This document shows, in pieces, positions 1 through 12,213 of a stretch of 64,000 bases of DNA. The position numbers and the translations under genes are program-made. Positions within the stretch are counted from its first letter, which is position 1; each line of letters opens with the position of its first letter. The stretch lies in assembly GCA_054600435.1 (NCBI GenBank), contig BAAIJX010000001.1:868001-932000 (forward strand), read 5' to 3'. This DNA is from Neophaeotheca triangularis (lineage: Eukaryota). A model generated the notes under the pieces. It was given only the letters and a program-made list of their open reading frames with translations. It searched no databases and was not told the DNA's origin.

Positions 1-2112
1 TCAGATCGACGAGTAGCCTTGCGCGAGTGTTGCGATACATGGCCATTGCGTTGAAAATCAATGGATGACCTTTGTGCGGCGCACTGAGCTGCACAACAAC
101 AGTCTCGGGCTCACAAATCTCGAGCGACTTCTCCCAAGTGTCCAGCGCCAACCGGAGCTTGTACTCGGTGACAACATCTTGTAGGGCTTCCGGACTACGC
201 TTGTGATACCAGACTTCCAAAAAGAGCGCGTTGATCATGACTCTGGTAGCGAAGGCGCTATACCGGGCAGTTTCTCCTTGAAATAAAGCATCGTGTGCTT
301 CCCGGAATGTGGTGAGTGTCGACGCGTTCAAGCTCTCCAACCAACCTTCGTTATCTACCACCTCTTGATTCCACAGTGTTTCAGAAGACGGCAGCTCCAG
401 CGTGTCGAACTCGTTGAAGCTTATCGCAGGAGTGTGATTGTAGGTGAGGGTGAGGAGACCGAAGAAGATGTAAACGGCATAGTACGTTCGTCGGCAGCCC
501 TCGTCCTCGATCCATTCCTCATGGCTCGGTTGACGACCCTCACGCGCTTCGGAGCGCAGCTTGAGCTCATACCTATTTCCGGCTACCATGTTAGCCAACA
601 GGCTCTTAATTGAGCAAGCCCACTCCAAGCCCTTGGGGTCACCACTCCAGCTAGCAAAGCTCATGTTGAGCAGCGAACTCTGCATCATCCATAGCGGGCA
701 CTTGCGCGAGCTGAAGTTGTCCTTCTTCTGCAGGAACTGGGTGACAAGAACCTTGGATCCGATGTGAAGCATGTATGCTTGGTCCTGCTCAAAGGTATAG
801 AGCGCGCCTATCGAGAGTACAGACAGCAAAAGCGGCGCGGAGACTCTAGCCGGGTCGAAAGAGGCAGGGTGCAAGAAGGGGAGATGGTGGTGGAAGAAGT
901 TGAAGTAAGTCGACATGTACCGATTGAGGACGGAGGTGTTGGGCAGACGGAAAGTTTCGACGAGGGCGCCCTCGCTGTCACAGCGTCTGATGTTCTCCAT
1001 TATGCGGTTGATCTGCTCTTCGTTTTCCACTTGTGGAGCCTTAGCCATGGTGCACTGCTGCGCTGGGCCCGGAGAGCGACGATAGTCGACAGGTGACACT
1101 GGACCCATCATGGAGGGGAATGGTGAGAGCGCGCCTGGGGTAGCCAGACCGCCCATCATCGACGATGAGCCAAAGGACGGCAGTCCATCAGCCGAGGCAC
1201 CCTGTTGACGGTCCATCAAAGGCGGTACGGCATTTGAACCGGTGGCCATGGCATTGCCGTTTCCGTACGGCAACATGTTCTCGTTGTGCATATTGTCGTT
1301 CTGCAAGCTGTCGTTGTGCATGTCCGGGTTCGACGTTATGGACGAAGGCTTTGGTTGGCTGACGTTCTGCGGTAGCATCTGGTCCCAGCCCTGCATCTGC
1401 GGAAGCGTCATGGTGCCTGGACCGTAGTTCAAAGGCTGATCCATCATCTGCGGGCCGTGAGGTGTGATGAGAGGCTCAGCGTGCATTTCGTCTGGCTCTT
1501 GTCCAGACATTGCGGCTTTTTGTTGAAAGTTGGCCATCAGCATGGCAGCTTGCTCCACGCCGAACATCTCATTACCATCACCAAACTGCTCGAGGGCGGC
1601 GTCGTCGAGCTCTGGTAGTTTGGCGGGCGGGTCGTCGGCGGGCGGCGATGACTTGGACGTGTTGCCCGTGTTGCGCCTCTTGGAGTCGCTTTGGAGTGGC
1701 ACGCCGCCATCCTTGGCGTGGACGGTGCGGTCGTGTCGTAGGAGCAGGTCGCGGCGCACAAAAGTACTGCGGCACTTTAGACATTTGAAAGGGCGCTCTT
1801 TGGTATCTACAGTGATGAGAAGATGGATGGGTTAGCTTGGTGCTCTTCGATGCCCCGCCAGCCCACTTTCGTCGCGTACAGAGCAACACCCCACTACACG
1901 ACCGACTTTTTGGGACGAGGGAAAAGGGACGACTTACGCGATCTTTCATGTCTGCTCCTATGTTCCGATCTGCTGAAGGCGCGGTTGCAAAACTGGCACT
2001 GGTATTTCTTGACAGGCGGCGGAGCTCCTGTCGCCGCTGATGATGCCTTGCGACTAGCCGTAGGCGAGACGTTGCCGGCCTCTGGGGCTTCGGCGGTCAT
2101 GGCGGACGACAT
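1..2112 (-). CDS. C2H2 zinc-finger transcription factor with a probable fungal-specific TF middle region; 3' end runs off the window
   Basis: Exon1 2112-1938 (MSSAMTAE...CQFCNRAFSRSEHRSRHERS-H), intron 1937-1807 (GTAAGT..GCTAAC..TAG), exon2 1806 to the edge. Exon2 reads TKERPFKCLKCRSTFVRRDLLLRHDRTVH (second finger) and later EEWIEDEGCRRTYYAVYIF, typical of fungal TF middle-homology regions. The ORF track misses exon2 because it has no stop in the window. Confidence 0.9.
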
Positions 2113-2714
2113 TGATTTTTCCCTTGTTTTTTGTATTCTCTCTTCGCTACGCTGGACTGGCTATGTTGATCTCCTCTCTTTGCTACTGTCCGTCACTACT
2201 CCTTCCAGCCAGCGGGACTGTCGATCAATGTTTGGTGGCGCGTTGGTGATGAAAGAGGTACTGCATGAAGCTGCCCGTGGTCATGGAGGGCGCCAAGCAA
2301 ACCTAGAGCTGAGATGCAGCGATGAGATGGGAACAAGTTGAAGGTAATAAGAGTGAGAATGAAGGCGCGATGTGTGTGCGGGCTCGAGCGCCGGGATGGT
2401 GGTGGGCAGTGATGGTGTGTGTTTGCGGGCGCGTTGTGATGACGGTTAGTAGTAGAGTGAGTAGTGGTTGTAGTAGTGAGTAGGTAGCAGTAGTAGTAGT
2501 AGTGGGACTGCAAGCAGAAGGATAGAGGGGCAGAGGCGCAGAGGCGGCGGAAAAGGAGACGTGAGAGACGGGGGTTTGGAAGTGGGCAAAGGTTAGGTGA
2601 CTAGGTCATCACTCACCAGCTGCTGAGTCGAGTCGAATTGGATGCCCGCTCGGTAACATTTCAATTTTAGCATCGGCAGCAGCCTTGTACAAACATCGAT
2701 ACATTACCTTACAG

Positions 2715-2747
2715 TACTACTACTACTACTACTACTACCACTACTAC
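2715..2747 (+). repeat. (TAC)n microsatellite, followed by an (ATA)n tract at about 2760-2788
   Basis: tactactactactactactactaccactactac read directly; a related (TAG)n tract lies at about 2448-2503. Confidence 0.85.
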
Positions 2748-5700
2748 TTTTACTGCTATCATAATAATGACAATAATAATAATAATACCACTGTTAGCAC
2801 CGTCACTCATCTGCAGGCTTATAATAAGATGCATGCCTCCTTACCTGGTACCTCCTATCAATGAATACCTACCTACATTATCCCGTACACTGTCGAGAAC
2901 TGATGGCCGGACAAGCTCGTGTCATGTGCCACGTCGCTACGCAAACCGTTCGTCTTCACCAGTCTACAGTCTGGGTCGAGCCCTCTGGCATTCCATTCGC
3001 CCACGCCTTTGTGCTGTCACAAAATGCCATCCGCAACTTCAAGCACCGGCCGTGTCAGATATTGACCGTGGCGCTCGAATCGAGGCTGCGCGTGGCGCTC
3101 ACGAGTGTACGCATTACCTAGGTACTATGTACACCAACTCTAACTACCACCTGACCGTTTCCAGCCAAGGCATTACCGCTTCGGACCATGCCAGCGCATA
3201 ACGTTACATCCATACATTTTTATATAATAATGTACATACAGTAGTTATAGGTGGTCAGTTGCTTATGAGGTAAGGTAGGTAGAAAAAGTCATTATTCACC
3301 GCCCACCGCAACCTTGACCTTTGACAGGGCGTATCTGCAGACTCCCGTCCCCTGTCGCAAACACGTGCCGTTCAGGACTAGAGAGAGCTCTTCCTCGACC
3401 CGTCACGTCCCAGCCACTCGTCGTCTATCGTCTTACCCCACCCTCAGTCGAGCCTCATTTGATTTCATCCCACCTTCCGTCCCTCTACAAATCTTGCTTC
3501 TGTTCCTGCATTCAGCTTAACGAGAAGCTACGGATTTCATCATTTCCTCGCATCACCTCGGCCTTGATCTCAATATGCTTTCACGTCCACATACGATGGT
3601 AGAAGCATCAAAGAAGCAGAAGAAGCTGGCGGGGAGCCTCTTCCGTCCGTTTCAAGTTTTACGTCCTCCACGGCACCCAGGTCTTCGGGTTCGACGCCCC
3701 GGTCGCCGCAGCACTAGGTTTGTGATGGCTAGCATTAGCAGTATTTCGGGGAGAAACATCCGCTGCTGGTGTCGAAGCTTGGAAGCTTCTGTCCCGGATG
3801 GACTTTTTCAGATTCGTCTCAACTATTATGTCTCTCTCTTGCGTGTAGCGTGTCGAGACTGACCGACAAAACACACATACACACACACACCGTGATCCGC
3901 CGGCGATGAAGGATGCCCCACCACTGCTGCACGCTTTTCCCCTCCAACAACACTGCGCATCGCAAGGATCAATCCCCCCTCGACCGCCTTTCCGGCTCTC
4001 TTCGGCAGACACGCCCGGTACGTCAGTCGGTCGTTTGTCTCATTTCTCCCAACGGTCCGTCGCGGGCGCGCGGCAACTAAACAATACTCCCCCGAGCCCC
4101 TCTCTTCCCACTCTGCAACAAGGCTGCCCCACTTCCGCATTGACGTCTCACCCTCCATCGAAGCCCAGTCGTCGAGGCGGAAGACAAAGCCGCAACGGTC
4201 GGCGTTTGCCTAAGAATAATATTAATCATAGCTAAACCACGCGTCTCACTGCGAACCTGCAACCATGATGGACCGTCGTTGTTGACGAGTCTCTAGTCAG
4301 ACGAGAAGCCTTCGTATCAAACGGTTTGCGCTCAGGAGACTTGAGGGGAACGAAACATCTTCACCGGTTTCCCCTCGTACCCCCCGTCGTAGATGTCCGT
4401 TTCGATTGCCCAGTCCAGCAATCGCTGCGTATCTCCCAAGTGCGAAACCTCCGGCCAAGCTGCTGCACAAAAAAAAAAAAAGAAAGCGGCCGCAACCACG
4501 GCCCAAAATTACGGTGTAGACGGCATACATCACACCCCCGTACATAACCATGTCGCAAAGCAACCACCGGGCACCCGCTCACCCAGCCCGCAAAACGGTC
4601 AACGGTGATTCCCTGATTCATTTACAGACTACAGTACCGCGTTGACAAGATCCAATTCCTCGGCTACCGGTTCACGACCCGCGGATGGGGGTTGTAACTT
4701 GTAGTCACTGCCGTAGGGGCCAAAAAGGCATTGGTGTGCAATCGTTTATTACCAAGGTAATGTCGTAAATCGACAGCCGGCAGGGCGGTTTACGGTCCGT
4801 GCTCCGAGAGGCTTGCACTTTTCCACGCGAGCCGCCGTCTTCACCGAAGTTTTGGTCTCAAGGATTTATACGGGCAGAACAATGATGTGGGATTGACGAG
4901 GCACGGTGTGGAGTCGTTACGGACTTGTTTCCTTGACCGCTTGTCGTGAGGAGAGCGGTTGTGATATTTGCAAACGCGAAGCGAAGAAGGCTGCCAGGCA
5001 TGGGTCCGCTTCTGTGATGCTCGCGAGACCTCTTCCAAGCTTTTCCGACACCTTTGGTCGCGGTCACTTGCTATGAAGAGGGTGCGCGGGCTGACAGTCG
5101 TTCACGCGCTGCCACAGCAGCCTAAGCACGGCTTGCTTGGCTGTATAACATGCGCGAGTGCAGACAGATGTCTCGACGCATTTCACGCCTTGGGATGCTT
5201 GGTGAGGTGAGGATGGGCTGGAACATAAGCCCACTCATAATCTTTAGCAGGAGGGGCGATGCTGATGCTGGGATAAGCCATGTCGTCGGTGGCCCCTCGT
5301 GATTTTGCACAGTTCGAGATCAAAGACCTAATGCCACGGGTACACCAGCTGAATGGTATTGTGTGATGAAAATGATTGAGCGTCGAGTCGCCTCCCTTCA
5401 GCCAGTTTGGTTATTAAGACTGAGGTGTAGTAGTGCGAAGCGATATGCACAGGGACGCCTTCGCAGTGGTGGCTACCTTTGTATGCGATTGTCTTGATAT
5501 GGTAGACGCACGCGTCCCTTGCGAGCACTAGCAAGCCCTCCGTTATCGTACAATGTTGCCGAACATGGGAGAATTGGAAGCCGTATTGAATCTGTCGCAT
5601 GATGTGTGACACTGGTCTTGACGTTTTCCGCCTATTGTAGCCGCCATTCACCGCATCACATGGTGGGATCTGTGGATAGGTAAGGAATGGCGTGGAGTCG

Positions 5701-6522
5701 CCGCCGGAGGATTGGGTCAATTGGTGGGTAGGTTTAGGTTTCTACACCAAAGACGAGACGGGTCGACGACACAAGCAACACGAACCTCTTTGCGCGCTGA
5801 AACTCTCCACTACCTAGCCTACATACTATGTAGTACCTCTCCTCCTATGACGCCCTCGCTGCTGTACCCTACTACCACATCCTCCGCTACTTCTGACAAA
5901 AGCAATTGTTATTGGTACATGTCTTTGTCTCCTCACCCAATCCTCATTGAGTAAAGATGTAGCTGTTCTGGCATTCTAGCTGGAAACGAAACCGTGCCGT
6001 CCAATCAAACCCCTGGAACCGTCCAATACGCGAACAACGACTTTTAGACGGCGCTTGACCACTCAGCCAGTGCTCGCCAACCTTCTCTCACTGCACCACT
6101 GCCGCCATTCGTGGACGGCCATCTCGTGCCTTTGTCTTTTCATATTCTTCTGCCACCGTTGGCCGCTGGCTGAGCCTGCACTATCCTTGTGCGAGTGCGA
6201 GTGCTCTGGCCAAAGAGGCCTGCCCTCTTCCGTCTGCCCAGCTGGCGCTGTTGTCGGGGCAAGGGAGGAGTTCTGAGCAGTGCAAGCACCTTGTTGCGCT
6301 TCATTCCGGAGGATTGCTGGCAAGCATACCCAGACATCCACATACCAGCCGTGTCCGTTGCGATCCCGACCGCGCCATCATCACCACACGCGACCACGGT
6401 GAGACGCTTCTAGGTCCATCTCAGGACCACATCGCGACCTACTACGCCAGTGCATTATCCAAAAGAACGTATAACGAGATAAGAGCGCCGATCCCTCTGC
6501 TCAGCATCCCGAACACGCGAAC

Positions 6523-9500
6523 ATGAATGGGCTCGCCGGCAGTGTCGCTCCTCTGGGTCAGCTCTACGTGCGTGCACTTTACGATTACGATGCCGACGAC
6601 CAGACCAGTCTCTCGTTTCGGCAAGGAGACGTCATTCAGGTCATAACACAGCTTGAGAGCGGATGGTGGGACGGTGTGATTCGTGGGGTGCGAGGCTGGT
6701 TTCCGAGCAATTACTGTGCGGTCGTCAACCCGCCTTTTGACGATGGAGGCTCAGGTAGGAATATGGGAGATGGAGGTGATTCGGAGCTGGAAGACTCAGA
6801 GGAGGAGTACGGCGAGCAAGACTTTGATGGTGATTTCGGCAGGGCGTCCGGAAATGGCGGTATGGCACGCTCAGACGGAGCGGCCACTTCAACGCAAGAG
6901 GAGGCGGCATTCTGGATACCGCAGGCTACGCCTGATGGAAGGCTATACTACTTCAACACCTTGACATATGAGAGCACCATGGAGTTGCCTTTAGAGGCAC
7001 CGACGTCTGCCAACGAGACCGGCCCTCTTGATCGAACGAACATCTCCATGCCTGACAAGACACGCCCACCCGTGGAGCTTATGCAAACTGGCTACGAACG
7101 CGAAGACGACACCGACTACGCTTCAGCATCTGAAGTCGAGGAAGCGAGCATGACCCATGCTTCCAAGAGCTCTGGTGTAAGTGAACGTCCTTACCCGTTA
7201 CACGTGCTACAAACGCTCTCCGAGCGTGTCTACGTTGCACAAACTAATGCAAATACTCTAGCACCGGCGAAGAAGGTCGTACTTGTCTGGTGACGGCGTG
7301 TCACCTGCTACCTCCATGGATTCGCTCAGCGCGGCCTCCCCAATGACACGGTCGCGCACGAATTTGACGGAAGCGAGTAACCCTTCCTTTTCAGCCCTTC
7401 GACAGGGTATTCCCCCTATTGGTACCACGATGGCCTCCTTTGCGAACCCACCCGCAAATGCTTCCGTGCCTTCTTTACTCCCTGGACGTCTCTTCGACGA
7501 TGCACACGCGGTGCCCCTGACATGGAACACTATGGTTGAAGACATGCGAAGAGCAGTACAAAGATACCGCGAAGCGATTGATAAGAACGAACGTTCGGAG
7601 TTTGTGAAAAAGGCAGAGGACATCTCAGATCACTTGCGTTTGCTGCTCGCTGCTGGTTCGGGCACTACTGATAATCATTCTGGCAATCCATCCATCATCT
7701 CGACCAACAAGGCGCTTTACCCTCACTTCCGCGAGATGATGTCACGATTTTCGAAGCTCGTGCTGTCCTCGCATATTGCGGCAGCCGACTGGCCACCTTT
7801 AGACTCTCACCACAAATGCTTGCAGGAAGCCGAGGGTGTTTTGCATGGCGTCTATGGCTTCGTGGAGATTGCACGTCAGCAGCGCGGCGAGGACATACCT
7901 CGGCTGACTCCTGGTTTTGTCACTGGAAGCAAGACAGGTGGCAATTGGCAAAGCAATGGCTTGAACAACAAGGACCCAATGGCTTCAATGTCTTTCATTG
8001 ACGATGAGCCGGACGCGGTGAATGAGCCGACAGCGCAACTCGACCAGGCACTTCTTGAGCGCATGGATGACTTGCGCCGCATGATTGTCTCTGGCATCCG
8101 GCGCATGGACGATCATCTGGTGTTGCGCGAGAAGCTTATTACAACACAAAGGCACCGTCGCATAGGAGATACCGTTTGCAAAGGCGCGGGCCAGGTCTTG
8201 GAGGTCTGCCGACCGTACTTCTCCGCCATTGAATCCATCAATCTTGCGCCCGTGGGCAACAGATTCACCAGCCCTCAGCTAAACGACTTTGCGGAGCACA
8301 AACAGAAGCTATACGACGCGACCTCGGATCTGGTGGTTGCCTGTCAAGCTGTGGCCAGTCCACTCAGCGATGAGTGGGCTGAGGTCAGAGGCAGCTCTCT
8401 TGAAGATCGCCTGAATCGGGTGCGGACTGTGGGTAGAGACTTGGATACCGCGGCTAATCAGATACTATTCTCTTTGCAGCTGCTGTCCGAACTGATCTCC
8501 GGTGACGAGCTCGCAGCTGATAGAGACCCTCATCGACTGACGGATGGCGGTGCGAGTTACGAGCACCACAAACGATCTTCTTCGCGAGATAATCGACCAA
8601 ATATGCTGAGCGATGTAGGCCAGTCGCGATCTTTCTCTGAGGGTGTCGAACCTTCACCAGATGTGCGCAATGGCGCCAACTCAAAAGCATGGAGGGTCTT
8701 TGGAGAGGTGCCAGCGACTGTCCGCGACCAGCAAGAAGAGGTACCTGACTACCTGCGGCTTGATCATGAAGGGGAAATAGCATACGACACCAAGGTGACT
8801 CCGCCACAACTACGAGGCGGTACGTTGACGGGGCTGGTCGAGCAGCTCACGAGACACGATCGTCTGGACTCTCCTTTCAACAACACTTTCCTACTCACCT
8901 ACAGATCATTCACCACTGCCACCGAGCTCTTCGAGATGCTTGTCAAGCGGTGGAGCATCCAACCACCATACGGTCTCCATGGTGAGCCCTTCCAGACCTG
9001 GACCGACAAGAAGCAGAAACCCATACGCTTCAGGGTCGTCAATATCCTCAAGTCGTGGTTCGACAATTACTGGATGGAAGGCAACGACGAGTCAAGCCAG
9101 CAGTTGATGCAGCGAGTGTACTCGTTCGCAAAGGATACTGTACAGTCCACTAGCACTCCCGGAGCAGGACCCCTCATGACCGCCATAGAGCAGCGAATGC
9201 GCGGCCAAGATGCTTCGAGCAAGCGTTTAGTTCTGACATTAAACTCGCAAGCGCCACCTCCGATCATACCCAAGAATATGAAGAAACTCAAGTTTCTCGA
9301 CATTGACGCTCTGGAGTTTGCTCGTCAGCTCACCATCATCGAATCTAAGCTCTATGGCAAGATCAAGCCGACCGAGTGCCTGAACAAGACCTGGCAAAAG
9401 AAGGTCAACGAGGGCGACCCAGACCCTGCGCCCAATGTCAAAGCACTCATCCTACATTCCAACCAACTTACAAACTGGGTAGCGCAGATGATCCTCACAC

Positions 9501-10136
9501 AAGGCGACGTCAAGCGCCGGGTCGTCGTCATCAAGCACTTCGTCAGCATAGCCGACAAGTGCCGCACCCTCAACAACTTCTCTTGCCTCACCTCGATCAT
9601 CTCGGCCCTCGACTCTGCCCCCATACACCGTCTCAATCGCACTTGGAGCCAAGTCAACGCTCGCACCACCCAAACGCGCGAAAGCATTCGCAAACTCATG
9701 GGCACCACCAAGAACTTCCTCGAGTACCGCGAGGCTCTCCACAAGGCCAACCCCCCTTGCATCCCATTCTTTGGTATCTACCTGACGGATCTGACATTCA
9801 TTGAAGACGGTATTCCGAGCGTGATCAAGAAGACCCAACTCATCAATTTCGCGAAGCGGGCCAAGACTGCAGAGGTTATCAGGGATATCCAGCAGTACCA
9901 GAACGTACCGTACGGGTTGCAGAGCGTCGACGCGCTGCAAGAGTACATTTTGCGGAACATGCAGAGCGCAGGCGATGTGCATGAGATGTACGAGCGGAGT
10001 CTGCAGGTCGAGCCGAGGGAGCGTGAGGATGAGAAGATTGCTCGGTGAGTTTTGTTATGCGTCGGGATGTGCTGTCGATTCTTCCCCATCACTAACTTGG
10101 CTCAACAGATTGCTCTCGGAATCCGGCTTCCTTTGA
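6523..10136 (+). CDS. CDC25: Ras guanine-nucleotide exchange factor Cdc25 (SH3 + WW-like + REM + RasGEF)
   Basis: Exons 6523-7176, 7262-10044, 10109-10136 with GTAAGT/GTGAGT..CTAAT/CTAAC..AG introns. SH3 (VRALYDY...GWWDG...GWFPSNY), WW-like (FWIPQATPDGRLYYFNT), REM (FLLTYRSFTT), CDC25 domain (FARQLTIIE, PPCIPFFGIYLTDLTFIEDG, INFAKR). Ends ARLLSESGFL*. Confidence 0.95.
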
Positions 10137-10810
10137 TACCGCTCGCCAACTTTACCTCACTATACCCTCACGGCACGGATACGCTCCACGAACCCGCGGC
10201 ATCCAGGAAGCCATCAGATACCTACCTGCTTGCGAGCTACAGATGGCAACGAGCATACCTATGAAGAGATCTTTCAGCTCGGCTACAAACGAGGAGATGA
10301 AACTAATGACATGATATCAAGGGAAGTCTTTGCTATTTGGCTCTGCTTTGAAAAGGGGCACAATTTCATGATTCGGAATTATGATTCGCCGGCGCTGATC
10401 TTGATCGACTGCCACATGGAGTCTTTGCGGATGGAGTTGGGAAGCGGGTCTGAAAAGGGGCGGTTCTCATTGGCGTAGAAGGCGCGATAATTGTGAACTT
10501 TGGCTTTTGCTTTCCTTCCAGGTTTGATTACTTGCGTCAACTTCGTTTTCTTAGTGACTGCCAAGTTCGGTATCCCCATTTGGTGACACGACGTTGGCGC
10601 TGAGACACAAACAGGACTTTTGAGCGGGTGCCTGCATAGCCATGTGATACCGAGCTCCCACTTCATGGCATCAATGTCAATGAAATGGCCGAGCTGCTAC
10701 AGTCACACTGATTGAGACTGACCACGTCAATTACCACGAAAATCCTAAGCTTGAAGTTGTACAAGCTATAACCAGATCCAACCCATCAGCCTCAACTCAA
10801 AGGCAGCAAC

Positions 10811-11974
10811 ATGCTCACTCCACTAACTCTGACCCTCACCCTTGCGAGCTGCATCCAAGCGGCCTGTGAATGCGGCTACAGCATCAATTCAACCTCCGAC
10901 CCCCAGCACGCTCTCTTCACCCACGTTTTCGAAAGCGACTTCCTCCACCTCCCCGACATAACCTGGAACACTACCCACAACACCGGCTGGCAACCCCAAG
11001 AATACACCGTCTCGCCGCCAGCAGCTCGCGGCCCCTACGGCAAAAGCGCTCAACTCGACAACATCATCCCTAACCCCTTCCTCAGCCCGCACGACTGGGG
11101 CGGTAGCAACAGCGAAACCGAACACGGCCCAACACCCGGTTTGCAGCTCTGGGTCCGCAGCGCTCCCATCCCCTCCCCGAACGATTCTGCCGACCGCCTC
11201 ATTCCCATGGCCGAGCTCGCGACCCTGCGCTCTGACATTTTGTACGGCTCTTTCCGCTTCGGCGCCAAAACCCCCTCGCAGCCCGGAACGTGCGCCGCTT
11301 TCTTCTTCTACGCAAACGACGAGCAGGAAATCGACATGGAGCTTCTGTCCTCGCAACAGCAGCACCAAGACCACCAAGACCAACACAACCGCCCCAAAAC
11401 CCCCATCAACCTCGTCCTCCACGCGCCAAACCCGGCCCACTCTCCCTCAGAACCGCAGCACACCCTCCACCCCCTCCCATTCGCACCCGGTTCCGGCTAC
11501 CACGAATACCGCTTCGACTGGCTGCCCTCACGTATAGACTTCTACTTCGACGGCGTCTGGGCGGCTTCTTTCACCGACACTTCAGCCGTGCCATCGACTC
11601 CCGGGAGGATTCTGCTGAACCACTGGGCCAATGGCGATGAGAATTGGAGTGGTGGGCCGCCCGAGAGGGACGCGGTGGTCGGACTTAGTTATTTCAAGGG
11701 GTATTTTAATGTTTCTGGGGATGAGGGGTTGGAGGGGCGGGAGATGGGCTGTCTGGGCCACGTTTGTGTTGTCCCGGACCAAGAGGGTGCGCCTGGGGTC
11801 GAGGGCGAGGGGGGGAATGGGACGGGGAGGACGTTTTTCTTTACGGAGCTGGAGGTTGAGAGGGGGGATGAGGGGGAGGGTGGAGGGACGACTGGTATTG
11901 GTGGGAGAGTGGAGGCGGGGTTGATGGGGCTTTGCTTTGTGGTTTTGGCGCGCTTGTTGTGGGGATTGGGCTGA
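10811..11974 (+). CDS. Secreted or membrane-anchored glycoside hydrolase family 16 protein
   Basis: Signal peptide then CECGY, GH16 catalytic ExDxE motif (QEIDME), HEYRFDW, and a hydrophobic C-terminus (TM or GPI signal). Single exon. Confidence 0.85.
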   Translation: MLTPLTLTLTLASCIQAACECGYSINSTSDPQHALFTHVFESDFLHLPDITWNTTHNTGWQPQEYTVSPPAARGPYGKSAQLDNIIPNPFLSPHDWGGSNSETEHGPTPGLQLWVRSAPIPSPNDSADRLIPMAELATLRSDILYGSFRFGAKTPSQPGTCAAFFFYANDEQEIDMELLSSQQQHQDHQDQHNRPKTPINLVLHAPNPAHSPSEPQHTLHPLPFAPGSGYHEYRFDWLPSRIDFYFDGVWAASFTDTSAVPSTPGRILLNHWANGDENWSGGPPERDAVVGLSYFKGYFNVSGDEGLEGREMGCLGHVCVVPDQEGAPGVEGEGGNGTGRTFFFTELEVERGDEGEGGGTTGIGGRVEAGLMGLCFVVLARLLWGLG

Positions 11975-12213
11975 AGAGTGGTGTTTTGCAGGTAGGTAGG
12001 TATCTGTGGTCTGTTTGAAGATGGCAATGCTTTTGTGGGATACATACTCGTAGCCGGTTCACCCGCAGCCCGTTTGCCGGAAGCACAAGGCAAAGCAGGT
12101 ATCGTCGCCTGACACACTCCACATTTCTACGGACGGTACCAGAGAAAAGAACAACAACAGAAACAGCAGCGTGCCCTGTAACCTTTCAACTACCACGGCC
12201 CAGCACACCTTCC

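Noticed and set aside
573..600. Apparent branch site and acceptor (GCTAAC..TAG) inside the C2H2 TF gene
   Set aside because: The frame reads straight through (GLEWACSIKSLLANMVAGNRYELK), so no intron is needed.
5363..5423. GTGATGA...CTGA pair suggesting a C/D snoRNA (a similar pair lies at 17293-17348)
   Set aside because: Short, with no terminal stem and no rRNA-complementary guide that I could recognise.
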